From the human T2T-CHM13v2.0 reference genome, Homo sapiens, in the NCBI RefSeq assembly GCF_009914755.1, contig NC_060928.1: DNA of 64,000 nt; one strand, 5' to 3'. Positions 28,421 to 43,616 of the stretch are shown here, piece by piece. Below the pieces are notes generated by a model. It searched no databases. It was not told the DNA's origin and saw only the letters and a list, made by a program, of their open reading frames with translations. Position 1 is the first letter of the stretch. The number at the start of each line of letters is the position of its first letter. The translations under genes were made by a program, and so were the position numbers.

Positions 28421-28526
28421 CTCTTTAGAAAAGGCAAATCTTTCAAAATATCTCCAGCAAATTTATCAACCACAAAAGATGACGTTGGAATAAAACCCAA
28501 ATTGGGCACCATTTCATTGGAGCTGT
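28421..28526 (-). CDS. DDX60: DDX60 exon 11 (DSSNEMV...LPFLK)
   Basis: tacag|ACAGCT ... AAAGAG|gtataa; 106 nt. Confidence 0.94.
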
Positions 28527-28741
28527 CTGTAAACAAACAAAAAAAAATTGAGACAAGGTCAAATGTAAAGCTTTCAGACAGGAATATTACATATTATTTT
28601 CTAAAACTTCATATTAAAAACATTTTATATTAATCTTATTTACATATATCAAGTTCAGCCCTTCTCATAAAGCTATTTCCCACAGTAAAACACTTTGGAA
28701 CACAGTAGAGTATAAAGAATCAGACAGCATTTTGGCATATA

Positions 28742-28999
28742 TGTGGATATGCATGGGGGATGGGTGGGTGGATATGCATGGGGGATGGGTGGGTGAATGG
28801 ATGCATGGATGGGTGGATGGATGTATGCATGGATGGGTGGATGGATGGATGGGTAAGTAGACAGATGACAGATGGATAAATCAGATAGGTAGGTAGATGG
28901 GAAGAAGAAAGGAAGGAGGGAAGAAAGGAAGGAAGGAAGGAAGGAAGGAAGGAAGGAAGGAAGGAAGGGAGGAAGGGAGGGAGGGAAAGGAAAGAATGA

Positions 29000-29030
<31 letters not shown>

Positions 29031-29190
29031 GAGGGAGGGAAGGAAGGATGGAGGGAGGAAGGAAGGAAAGAAAAAAGAAAAAGAAAGAAAGAAAGAAAAG
29101 CAAGCAAGCAAGCACACAGGGAGGGAGGGAGGGAGGAAGGAAGGAAAGAAGGAAGGAAGGAAGGAAGAAAGGAAGGAAGATAAAGAAAAA
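28742..29190 (+). repeat. Compound microsatellite (TGGA)n, (GGAA)n, (GAAA)n
   Basis: Direct reading; 10 perfect GGAA units at 28927-28966. Confidence 0.95.
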
Positions 29191-29414
29191 TACCTATGCC
29201 TTTTATTTTCAAATGTGAATTCCTTTTATTATCCCTTATTATAAGACAAAGATTTTGACGATGGAAGCCTCAGAGATTATATATCTATATACATATACAT
29301 ACACATATACAAAGACTTTCATGAAAATGAAATAAAAAAGAAGTAGGGAAAAATACAGATGGTAATGAAATTATTTGATATGATTACAGTATTCTCTTGA
29401 GTCCTCCTTGATTT

Positions 29415-29416
<2 letters not shown>

Positions 29417-29445
<29 letters not shown>

Positions 29446-29451
29446 CACACG

Positions 29452-29484
<33 letters not shown>
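29417..29484 (+). repeat. (CA)n followed by (GATA)n
   Basis: Direct reading. Confidence 0.95.
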
Positions 29485-30075
29485 TTACATATCAAGTATA
29501 TTATGATAATAGACAAATGAATGACTTTTTATTCTATTGAATGTCTGGTTCATGATTCCAGGTTAACCACCATTGCTCTGCCTGGGATCCTCCTAGTGCT
29601 CCCTGTGCCTGCGTTTGTCGGGATCCTTTCTTATTTAAGCCCCTGCAACTTGCTGCCTAAAAGAGGTGGAGAGCCCATGTGGCCTTCCCTAAATTTTTCA
29701 GCCCCTAGGATGTTTTGAGCTTAGCTATAATGTTATAAAAAGATGTTTGGTGTCTCTTATTCAGCATCTCAAGTGCTTTACACAAAGAGATTTTTCTGTG
29801 GACCTATAACTGCCATATTGCTGGAAATGGAAGTCATATATATCTGGCTGTGTTTTTTAATTGAAACAATATTAATTATAAGCAAAATGTAAATCTTCAT
29901 AATTATAGTCACAGCATACCACTCCAAGGATATAAGAATAAAGGTAATTTATTTTTATTATTAAAATTCAAGTGCCAGAAAATTATTTATACTTGCAGCA
30001 CTGAATTAGTGGTGTTTCCTAAACACTTTCAGAGGAATAATGCTTTCATTTCAGATTAATTTAGAAATTTATTAC

Positions 30076-30231
30076 CTTTGATTGGTGATGGTTTCTTTTC
30101 AAGAAAACAAACTTTTGTTGTTCTCAGAGGAAATGGCTGTCCAACCTCAAAGTCTCTGACCAACTTTGATACGGTATTCCAGAGATATTCATAATCTTTC
30201 ATAATGGTATCTCCCAAATTCAAATGTAGGC
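30076..30231 (-). CDS. DDX60: DDX60 exon 10 (GLHLNLG...KPSPIK)
   Basis: tgtag|GCCTAC ... ATCAAAG|gtaata; 156 nt; within ORF 30056..30337. Confidence 0.94.
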
Positions 30232-31201
30232 CTACATAACAATTAAAAACACTAAATACTAGAAGCCATCCACTCCCACATAAAGAATCATTAGTCACAT
30301 TTTGAGTAAATTCATGGAATTCTGAAATACTTTCCACATAGTGAAATTTTTAGTGAGTTCCACACTGGACATAAATGAAAATGGTCACTAGTGTTGACTA
30401 TGAGATACAGATTGTAAAGTTTATCTTGTTTTTATTGTTAATAACTAAGTATTAAATTTGTAAGCACATTAACCCACAAACGCATCGTGAACATTTAACT
30501 ACTCTTTAAGGTAATAAAAATGTTATGCCACACATAACTTTACAACAAACAAAACAGAATAAAAACTTTAGTTTTTGAGAGATGAGAAAATTGGTAAAGG
30601 ATTGTTAAGTTTATATGCAGCTAATTCATTACAATGATTACAACATGAAGGAACCACATCACTGTGGTCAAAGCTTCAATAATGTTCAATCAGTTAGAGT
30701 TCTGTCCAAATATGTTTTTGTTTTGTTTTGTTCGGTTTTACTATTAGGAAACATCAGAAATCTTACCCTAAGAAAAGATTTTAAAGAAAGAAAAACAAAT
30801 TACATATAAAAATATATAAATTAGCCTTATCTTTTGGAAAAAAATAAATTTTCTAAATATCTCAATAGTAGTGAAATAATTAAATTAATTAAACTTTATG
30901 AAGAAATATTATGCATGCATTTAAATGAAAAGTTCAACTTTTGAAATTAACTGAAAATGCTGGACACGCAAACATATATTTTCTCCTGAAATACTTTTAA
31001 TGTAATATTAAGTGAAAAACATATTTTAAAATACAGCATTCCCTCTAATTGCAACTAAAATATTACATACAAATGTGAACAAAGATGAAAATAATTGCTA
31101 TGTTATATGTTGGAAGTACAGAAAAATTATTTTGTAGTTTTAAATTCCTTATAAAGTTTATCTGTGGATGGAAGTATGATTATAATATACTGAGATGGTA
31201 C

Positions 31202-31343
31202 CTTTTACATTTTCATTTTCATAGTAAAAAGCAATATTCTTCAACAAAAGCTCATCATTTAAGTCAGAAAGGTGAATTAAATTCAGATTCCAAAATTCAA
31301 AAGTATGTATATTTCTTAAGATGAAATATTCACACCACTTTTT
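31202..31343 (-). CDS. DDX60: DDX60 exon 9 (KKWCEYF...NENVK)
   Basis: ttcag|AAAAAGTGG ... GTAAAAG|gtacca; 142 nt. Confidence 0.92.
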
Positions 31344-32289
31344 CTGAAAATTGAAAAGAAAACCAAGTTATTGGCAATATTCATATTAGCAATAAACTAT
31401 AGGGTTCATATGCTTCTGAACTGAAAGGCAGTGGGCAGGATCATTCCAATCCTTGTTTAGGCAAGCCCATTCAGGCTGGGTAATGGTGAATGCTTTACAC
31501 CTTAAGGAATTAAAGCATAAAATAAAATAAAAACTGATCCAAAAATGCATTCTGTATAGTTCTTTATCCCGAATCAAGGAAATCTGCATTTGACTCTTAA
31601 AATAGTGTTTTTCTCACACTGTTACCCACAGATAGAATTCCAAAGCTACAGAAATACTTCTGCTTTGAAATGTGCCTCTGTTCTTTATTTAGATTTTAAT
31701 ATGTTCAGATTCAACCTTCAGGTCAAAAGAGCATTTAAAAAAATGTGTTTGAGTGTTCAGGGACCTAGAAGATGCTGAATCCTTCAAACTCTTAAGATTC
31801 CCATCCACCTACCTGGCTGGTCTCCATGCTTCAAGATTCAGAGTAAACCTCATGGAATGATCCCTTCTACGATTTGCTTAGTTGCTTTCTCAAGAGGCCT
31901 CAAGAAATGTCAAAAATTTCTTTTATTTTGAAAATATTAGGGGCTACCTGAAATTACACTTCAAGCTACAGAGTGTTACCAAATATCAGGCATGGAGTAT
32001 GGGAAAGGCAGGAAGGTTGGCTGACTATGGGCTGATCAGCTGTTACTCCATAGGGCATATATTTGGAAGCTGGACAGAGTGAAGTCAGATCTCAACTTGA
32101 TCATTCATTAGCTGTGCTCATGGACCACATAGCTGAGTCCAAGTTTTTCCTTTGCAAAATGAGGACATAAGAGGATCGTTGTTATGTCTAATTAAAGACT
32201 AAGGTTTTCTATTAGGTAAAGTACAACCTAGACCTTAGTCTCTTAATTATGATCAACAGTGAGCTCCGTTTCATTAAAACCAATGTATT

Positions 32290-33920
<1,631 letters not shown>

Positions 33921-34775
33921 CTAGTTAATTGGTCATAAAATACTTTCCTTGAACATTTTCACTGTATGTATAATGATCCTTAAAAAAAGTTCATGCCAAT
34001 TGATCCTTTAATCCCATTTCTAGCTCTCAAGCCAAAATCAATAACCCCAAATTAAAGGAAAAGGCTTATACACAAAGAGAATAACAACATCTATAATACA
34101 ACCATCAAAGTCTTCTTAATATTCCATAATAGAGAAATGGGTAAGTAAACCATGGTACTAAAAGATAACTAGTAGCCATTAAAAATGATACTAATATTGT
34201 GAAAGGAAATAGAAAAACATGAAAAAATATATGTATATATAGAGTTCCAATATAAGAAACAATAAAACATCAGAAAAATCTATGCATTTAAAATAAAAAG
34301 AATAAACCAAAATGTTAACAGTTATCCCTATTGATTAAAATGGTAGACCTCCGGGGAAGTTTTTCTTCTGTTTTTGCTTCTATTTCTCTAAAGTATCCAA
34401 ATTGTCTCTAAATATTCTCTATAAGAGTTGAAAGTAATAAACTACAAAACTGATTTCTTCAGTTCCTCTTAAGAGCAGACCACAGTGATCACCAACCATC
34501 AACTACAGTTGATAACACAAAAACCTGACCTTGGCAGAGATTTAACAAAGGAAAAATAGAGAGGCTTTTTCCTTAGGTTAGATATATATCATGCTATTTG
34601 TTAGTTCTCCTAAACATAGATGCTGAAATTGGAAAGTGACTGATGTAGCCCATTAAACTTTTATAGCCCCCAAGGGGCTAATAGTAGTCCCACATAAGAG
34701 AATTTTGAAAGTTATTGTAGTTTCTATCAAACATTCAAAACACAAAAATAGTAAACTAATAAAGAGTACATTTAC

Positions 34776-34934
34776 CATTTGTAATAAAGGCTTCATGTCC
34801 TCAGCCCAATGGGAAGTGATGACTCTAGCACAAGCTCTTTGAGAAAGAGGCAGATGGAGTAGAAAAACCACAGTGAGACAATGCAGTTTACACAAATCTT
34901 CCATCTCCTGCAGGGTTAAGCAATTACTGTTCAC
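34776..34934 (-). CDS. DDX60: DDX60 exon 8 (VNSNCLT...KPLLQM)
   Basis: ttcag|GTGAAC ... CAAATG|gtaaat; 159 nt; within ORF 34653..34997. Confidence 0.94.
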
Positions 34935-35052
34935 CTGAATAAAATAAAGAAGGTATAAGCCAGAGAACAGCAGGGTGTGACATTGCATAATAAGCATCTA
35001 GGACCACAAAAGCTGACAGCTACCTTTGCTGTTCAGGAATCATGAATTATTC

Positions 35053-35371
35053 CTTTCTTTCTTTCTTTCTTTCTTTCTTTTTTTTTTTTTTTTTGAGACA
35101 GAGTTTTGCTCTTTCACCCAGGCTGGAGTGAAGTGGCCCAATCTCAGCTCACAGCAACCTCCAACCCAAGGTTCAAGTGATTCTCCTGCCTCAGCCTCCC
35201 GAGTAGCTGGGATTATAGATACCTGCCACCATGCCCAGCTAATTTTTGTATTTTTAGTAGAGGCACTGTTTCACCATGGCCAGGCTGGTCTCGAACTCCT
35301 GACCTCAGGTAACCCACCTGCCTCGGCCTCCCAAAGTGCTAGGATTACTCGTGTGAGACACCATGCCCAGC
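35053..35371 (-). mobile_element. Alu (S-type)
   Basis: Reverse Alu; TSD TGAATTATT. Confidence 0.93.
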
Positions 35372-36339
35372 TGAATTATTACATTTTTCATTCTACATTT
35401 TTTAAGACTTTCCTTTTCTTTATAACATAAACTCTACTGCATTTATACAGATGTGAGGTAAGTGGAATGGGAAGCTGCTGGCTTAATCGCATTTAAAATA
35501 AAACATTTTTCAGGATTTTTAGTTAAGCCAAACTCTACATGAGCTGATCGAGCAACTAATAAAGTCGTAATTTCACAGGACTCTACGCTGATGGAGCCAC
35601 ACATTAAATGCTCTATCCCATCCAAGGCATCATATTTTTAAATAATATTGAAAATTACCAGGGCGAGGACACCAGGATGGTAATATATCTGAAAAACCTG
35701 CCCTGTGAGAACACGGGTAAAGAAGTGGACACATCTGATATCATGGGACAAGAACGTCATAGCTATCTTCAAACATTTGCAGGGCTATCAACAAAGCAAG
35801 TGTAAGATTTCATCAGGGCACCTCCAGAAGGCCAAATAGAGTCTAATCATTAGAAATTCCAGAGAGGCAGATTTGACTTAGTATCATTTTTGTGAGAATG
35901 ATTTAAAATACTATGTCTAGTTATGAAGAAATGTTTCACTAAAAATATATTCAATCTGATAATTGGAAAAACAATTATAAGGATGCTAATTAAAAGATAA
36001 TGAGCCCTGAATATTTCTGAAATGTTCAGAAACTTCATTTCTCTTTAATAGAAACCTTCAGCCAAGAATCCCCCAGTAGGTAGATTGTATACAGAATAGT
36101 ATGTATACACATGCGTCTGAGTGTGTAAGTGTGTGTGTGTATGTGTAAACACGCACACCCATAAGCACATATACTTAGAGACAACTGTATATTGGGGGAA
36201 GGAAAACAGACTGGCCAACAGATTCTTAATGGACCCTACTGGCCATAAAGAAAGTTAAAAACTTTAGTATCTCTCCAGCTAGGATGACGCCAAGACACTA
36301 CAGCAGGAAGGTTCTTTCAAAAGACACTTTGATATTGTG

Positions 36340-36560
36340 GAACTTGCACAAGATGGACCGGAGTTCAATCCACCTTGCTATTTAGTACGTTTGGTTTGAA
36401 AAATGTTACCTGGACTATTTGAACTTCAGTGTTCTCATAGGTGAAATGGGAATACTAATGCCTTTCTCACAATGCTGTTGTGAGGATTTAAGGGCACAAT
36501 GCATACAAAAAGCCCAAAACATACTAGCATATTAGGCCTCCACCAAGTGCTAATATCCTG
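36340..36560 (+). mobile_element. MIR
   Basis: TGAACTTCAGTGTTCTCATAGGTGAAATGGGAATA...GTTGTGAGGATTTAA. Confidence 0.7.
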
Positions 36561-36814
36561 TCTTGTTTCATTTTCTTTTGGATGATTTAGACTAAATATA
36601 TACTAAGTGAAACATGCACATAGTAAAACATTAAATCATTTAATGGCACAATAAGTGTTTCCTGATAGACACAAATTTCAGTTTTATTTTCTGAAGTTTA
36701 TATAAATAAGAGAAAAACATGAAGTACCAAATAGAGGAAATGAAAGATACAAATCAACAAAATTTCAAATGTGGAGAGAAATAGTATTTCTCAGTAAAGT
36801 TATAAAAACCACAC

Positions 36815-36973
36815 CTGTTGGATCTCAGTTTCCTGACCAGAGGAGGGCTCTCTGTTTCCTAAAAAGCGATGGTACATTCTCAAAGATAATGAGCATGAAG
36901 TAACACAAAAGACACGCCGAATGTCAGATCCTTCTGGCCAGACTTGTGTAAGCAGAGATACAGTCTTGTGTGC
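36815..36973 (-). CDS. DDX60: DDX60 exon 7 (AHKTVSL...ETEIQQ)
   Basis: gacag|GCACAC ... CAACAG|gtgtgg; 159 nt. Confidence 0.92.
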
Positions 36974-37044
36974 CTGTCAAAGAAAAAAATTGTAATGTGT
37001 CATGCTATTTAGAAAAATATTTTTATTTGTAAGTGATCTTACTA

Positions 37045-37165
37045 GTGGGTACTACTAGGCTTAATACATGTGTGACAAAATAATCTGTACAACAAACCCC
37101 CGTGACACAAGTTTACCTCCATAAAAAACCTACACATATACCCCTGAACTTAAAGTTAAAAAAAT
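37045..37165 (+). mobile_element. L1 (L1PB/L1MA-like) extreme 3' end
   Basis: AATAATCTGTACAACAAACCCCCGTGACACAAGTTTACCT...CCCCTGAACTTAAA. Confidence 0.8.
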
Positions 37166-37511
37166 GAAATAATAAAATTTTTCTGAGACGAAAGGAAACC
37201 TGTGTACATAGAATAAAAGAGCTCACTGTATAACAAGAGAAACAATGAAATGAAATTAGATCCTCACACCATATGCAAAAAGCAACTCAAAATGGATTAA
37301 AGACTTACATACAAGACTTGAAAGTGTAAAACTACTAGAAGAAAACATAGGAGGAAAGCTCCACAACATTGGTCTGGGCAATGATATTTTGGATACGGCC
37401 ACAAAAGCACAGGCAACAAAAGCAAAAATAGCCAAATGGGATGGCATCAAAGTAAACATCTTCTGCACAGCAAATGAAAGAGGCAGTCCACAGATTTTGC
37501 AAACGATACAT

Positions 37512-37829
<318 letters not shown>

Positions 37830-38287
37830 AAACTATACATTTAATAAGGAGTTAAGATCTAAAGTATAGAAACAACTCAAACTCAATAGTAAGAAAACAA
37901 ATAATCCCATTTAAAAATAGACAAACGACCTGGACAGTCATTACTAAAAACACACAAACAAACAAAAAACCCAACGGCCAATAGGTACATGAAAGATATG
38001 CTCAGCGTTAATAATTATACCAATAATTAGGCAAATGCAAATTAAAACTACAATGAGATATCACCTCACATCTGTCAGAAGGGCTTTTATCAAAAAGATG
38101 AAAGATAACAAGTGTCAGAGAGGAAGCAGAGAAAAGAGAACTCTAATACATTGTTGGTAGGAATGTAAATCAGTACAGGCATTATGTAAAACGATATGAA
38201 GCTTCCTCAAAAAACTACAATTAGAACTATCATAGGACCCAGTAATCCCATGTCTGGGTATGTATCCAAAGGAACCGAAATTAGTAT

Positions 38288-38709
38288 GGTTAAAGCAAAC
38301 TAAATATGGCTGGAGAAGGACTTCGTACTTCTATATTTGAATCCTTCTGGATGAATTGCAATGTAACTTAATAGGTAGACAAGATTGAAAACCTAGTTTA
38401 GGAGTATGTTCTTGTAACAGTCGCTGTCTTGGCCAATCCCTTACTTCAATCACTCATACACTGCTGAGCGTTCAAACTGTGTTCAAATAAGGCAAATGCA
38501 GAGTTGTACCCAATCCAGCTATTCTGTACCTCACTTCCGATTCCTGTATGTCACTTTACATTTTTTGTCTATAAGTTTGTTCAGACCATGAGGCACCCCT
38601 GGAGTCTCTCTGAATCTGCTGTGATTCTGGAGGCTGCCTGATATGTGAATCGTTCATTGCTCAATTAAACTCCTTTAAATTTAATTCAGCTGAAGTTTTT
38701 CTTTTAACA
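38288..38709 (+). mobile_element. Solo ERV1 LTR (MER57-like) inside L1MA
   Basis: (G)GTTAAAGCAAACTAAATATGGC...CTTTTAACA; 4-bp TSD GTAT; L1 resumes seamlessly. Confidence 0.8.
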
Positions 38710-39901
38710 GTATTTCGAAGGTATATCTGCACTCCCATGTTCATTGACACATTGTTCACAACAATCAAGACGTGGATCAACCTAAGTGTTTATCAACAGA
38801 TGAACGGACAGTGAAAATGAGGTATATATACACAATGGAATACTATTGAGCATTTAAAACGGGGGGAAATCCTGTCATTTTCAACAACATGAATGAATCT
38901 GGAGGATATTATGCTAGGTGAAATAAGCCAAGACAAAGAGACAAATACCAAATGATCTCACTTATATGTAGAATCTAACGAAGTTGAACTCATAGAAATA
39001 GAGAAGAGAAACTCTTCTCTTCAGAGGGTGAGGGGAGAAACGGAGACTTGCTGACCCAAGGGTACAAACTTTCAGATAAAAAAGAGGAATGGGTTTTGAG
39101 ATCTATTATACAGCAGGATGACTACAACCAATAATAATGTCATATATTTCAAAATAAGTGCATAAATTTCAAATGTCTCACAATAAAAAATGATAGGTAA
39201 GCAAGGTGATGGATATGTTAATTAGCTCCATGTAATCATGTCACGTTGTATACATATATCAAAACAAAACGTTGTACTTCATAAATATATAGTTATGATG
39301 TGTCAATCAAAAATATTTTTTTAATTTAAAATTTTTAAAAAGAATAGAAACTATTTAAAAGGAACTACCTAAGGGGACAATTTTCTGAAAACAGGTTTGG
39401 GAAAGAAAAGGAAGCTTTAAAAAAGGAAGAAGTATCCTTTGGCAATTAAGTGGCGAAAGAGTAAAAGAAGACAAAGAAGAATTTGAGGGCTCTGCAAGTC
39501 AGAAGAAAAGCAGGTAATTTGAAGACCCAAAACCACTCACCCACTACCAAACAAATAAATAAACAAACTAACAAAAACCCCACTAACATGCCTGGATTCT
39601 GACAAGCTGGCAGAAAAAGATAACATTAAATTAAATTATATTAAATTAATTGGATTGGATTAAATCGAATTAAAGTATCTTGTAACAAACCTCGGTATCA
39701 TTAAAATGAAAAGAAAGTACATAGAGAGCTATTACAAAAAATAATAGCAGGAAAAAAAATTCACACAAATTGTGTGAAAAATCTCATCATTATCTCCAAA
39801 AGTAGTAATAATATCAGCAATTATAAAGCAGAAGAAATCTCTAAGTCTACATTCTAAATATGGATATACTCAAACAAGCATTCGAACATACAAAAAGTGA
39901 T

Positions 39902-40235
39902 CTTTTTTTTTTTTTTTTGAGGCGGAGTCTCACTCTGTCACCAGGCTGCAGTACAGTGGCATGATCTGGGCCCACAGGAACCTCCACCTCCTGGGTTCGG
40001 CAATCTCAGCTCACTGCAACTGCCATCTCCAGGTTCACGCGATTCTCCTGCCTCAGCCTCCCGAGTAGCTGGGACTACAGGCATGCACCACCATGCCCGG
40101 CTAATTCTTGTATTTTTAGTAGAGACGGGGTTTCACCATGATGGTGAGAATGGTCTCAATCTCTTGACCTTGTGATTCACCTACCTTGGCCTCCCAAAGT
40201 GCTGGGATTACAGGCATAAGCCACCACGCCCAGCC
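39902..40235 (-). mobile_element. Alu (Sc-like) with ~40-bp diverged internal duplication
   Basis: TSD AAAAA(G/A)TGATCTTT; right-arm segment repeated at 39958-40036. Confidence 0.93.
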
Positions 40236-40281
40236 AAAAAATGATCTTTATTCAGCAACTGATAAACCAAAAACAGGGCTG

Positions 40282-40326
40282 GAAAGAAAGAAAGAAAAAG
40301 AAAGAAAGAAAGAGAGAGAGAGACGA

Positions 40327-40390
<64 letters not shown>

Positions 40391-40411
40391 GAAAGAAAGA
40401 AAGAAAGAAAG
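40282..40411 (+). repeat. (GAAA)n microsatellite
   Basis: Direct reading. Confidence 0.95.
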
Positions 40412-40646
40412 ACAATAAATAATTAATTCCGCAAAATAATCATAGAAAAATGCAAAGCTATGCAGAAATAAAGAATAAGTTACAAGATGCCCAAAGGAGA
40501 ATAATCTCAATAAAATTTAATGAAGACAGGTAGGAAAACAACCAAATGACATAAAATAAAAACCAAAAAAGGTCAGAAAAATAATAGTGGAAATGAAAGA
40601 CAGAAAAATATTTGTATCATTGCACATCTTATCAAAAACAAAACTG

Positions 40647-40930
40647 GGCCAGGTGCGGTGGCTCATGCCTATAATCCCAGCACTTTGGGAGGCTGGGGCC
40701 AGGAGTTCGAGACCAGCCTAGAAAACATGACAAAAGCTCATTTCTAATAAAAATTAGCCAGGTGTGGTGGCACAGGCCTGTAGTTCCAGCTACTTGGGAG
40801 GCTGAGGGGGAAGAATTGCTTGAATCAGGGAGGCAAGGAGGTTGCTGTGATCGTGTCACTGCACTCTAGCTTGGGCAATAGAACAAGACTCTGTCTCAAT
40901 GAAAAATAATAAATAATAAAATAATAGTAA
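40647..40930 (+). mobile_element. AluJ-type with left-arm internal deletion
   Basis: GGCCAGGTGCGG...GGAGGCTGGGGCCAGGAGTTCG; (AAT)n tail. Confidence 0.88.
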
Positions 40931-41887
40931 TAATGATAATTTAATAATAAAATTAATATTTTTAAAATAATAATCCTAGAAAACCCACTATACACAATAA
41001 ATGAGTGCTAATGGATACTGAGAAAAATTAAAACTTCAGAAACCAAATAGTGAAAGGTAAAATAAGGAAACAGAGAATTGAGATTATTCTTTTTATAAAA
41101 ATGGTACAGCATGGTAATTACAAACGTAATTACCATAACGAAACATGTAAAACAGCCCAAAGTTTAAAATTGTTTAAATAAAATAACAAAGAATACACAT
41201 ATCGTAAAGAAACTTAACAAACACACCAGAATACAAATGCCTATAATATATTATAGAATCAAGACCAAACGTATCAGTCATAACAGTAAATGTGAGACTT
41301 ACCTATAAAAGAAAAAATAATTTCAACTTGCACCACATTCCATATATAAGACACACAACTAAAACAAAGTGATTCAGAAATACTAAAAATAAAGGAATGG
41401 ACATAATTCTATCAGGTAAATGGAAACTAAAAGAGAGCAGAAGTTAGTATCTTTATATTGGGCTAAGTAGAATTCAAACTCAAAAGCATTACATGTGAAA
41501 AAGAAAAGCAGTCTTTTATTCTAAAAGCCACAATCTATAATGAAAAGATAATCCTTATGAAAAATTATCCAACATATGCATGGCAACCAACTTTGTGAAA
41601 CAAAAATGACAAAAGATAAAAGAAACTCTATAGAGAAACTCACCTATAGTAACAAATTTTAAAACACAAGAGAGACAGCTGGACAAAAAAATAAGTTAAG
41701 GGATAAAAGACAAACCACCATAATCAACAGAGTAGACCTTATGAATCAAACTACATTGTGGTGATAGGGAATCTTCATTTGTCTTAAATGTCCCCAGCAC
41801 ATCCATAAAAATTAACTATATGTTAACATCTTCATAATACAATAAAGGTAGTGGAAAAAAAAAAGAAATTTTAAAAATCATGAACGT

Positions 41888-42284
<397 letters not shown>

Positions 42285-43264
42285 TTAATGACAAAAAATT
42301 TACAGCATAATCTATGGGCTATATTTAAAGCAGTGATTCAGAGGAAAGTTTATTTCACTAAATATGTTTAACAATAAAAATAAACGAATTTTAAAAATGA
42401 GTAAGTTCCCAGCCCCCCCAAAAATCTAAAAGAAACAACAACATAAAAACCAAAAAAGTAAGATGAAAGAAAGCACAAAATAAATTAAAAAATCAACAGA
42501 TCTCATTAATAAATCAAAATTCTTGGTTTTAAATAACTTAAAAACAGACAAACCACTAGCTAACCTGATCATAAAAAAAAACCAAGAGAATTCACAAATA
42601 CACAAAATAAAAACTAAAAGGGAAAGTAATTAATGAAACAAGATAAATTAAATCACAAAAGCCTACTTCACAAAGTTCTATGCAAATAGACTTGAAAACT
42701 TAAGTGAAATAGATAATTTTCACAGAAGAATAAATTACTAAATTTGACCCCATTAGAGTTAACAAGCCCAAAGAAGTCAATTGCCATGGAAGAAATACAG
42801 AAAATTAAGAAACTACCTCACAAAAAAGCACCAGGACTATATGGCTTCACAGGAGATTTCTATCAAATCTTCAAAGACTAGATAATCCCAATGATCTACA
42901 CATTATTTCACAATATTGAAAAAGAGGAGAAGACATTCTAATCTTTTTTATGAAGAACATACCACACTGACATCTAACCAGATAAAGGCAATTCAAAGAA
43001 ACAAAATTACAGAAATATCATTCATGCATACTGATGCAAAAATTCTAAACAAAATGTTAGTAAACAGAATCCAACACCATATTAAGAAGTAATAAACTAT
43101 GACTAAGTTGGATTTATTCCAGTAATATAGAGTTGCTTCAATACAGGGAAAATCATTAATACAATACTAATAAAACTGAGGAGGAAAAATTGTGTAATTA
43201 TATCCATAATTTTAGTAAACATTCATGCATTCATGATAAAAACACTCAAGCAAATAGAAGCTAC

Positions 43265-43565
<301 letters not shown>

Positions 43566-43584
43566 CTATGTGTTTAACACCAGA

Positions 43585-43585
<1 letters not shown>

Positions 43586-43614
<29 letters not shown>
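43586..43614 (+). repeat. (TG)n microsatellite
   Basis: Direct reading. Confidence 0.95.

Positions 43615-43616
<2 letters not shown>

Noticed and set aside
28673-29244. ORFs of 78-179 aa rich in LPSF or GRKE
   Set aside because: Translations of GGAA/GAAA microsatellites; the same applies to ORFs at 8750-8983 and 40186-40510.
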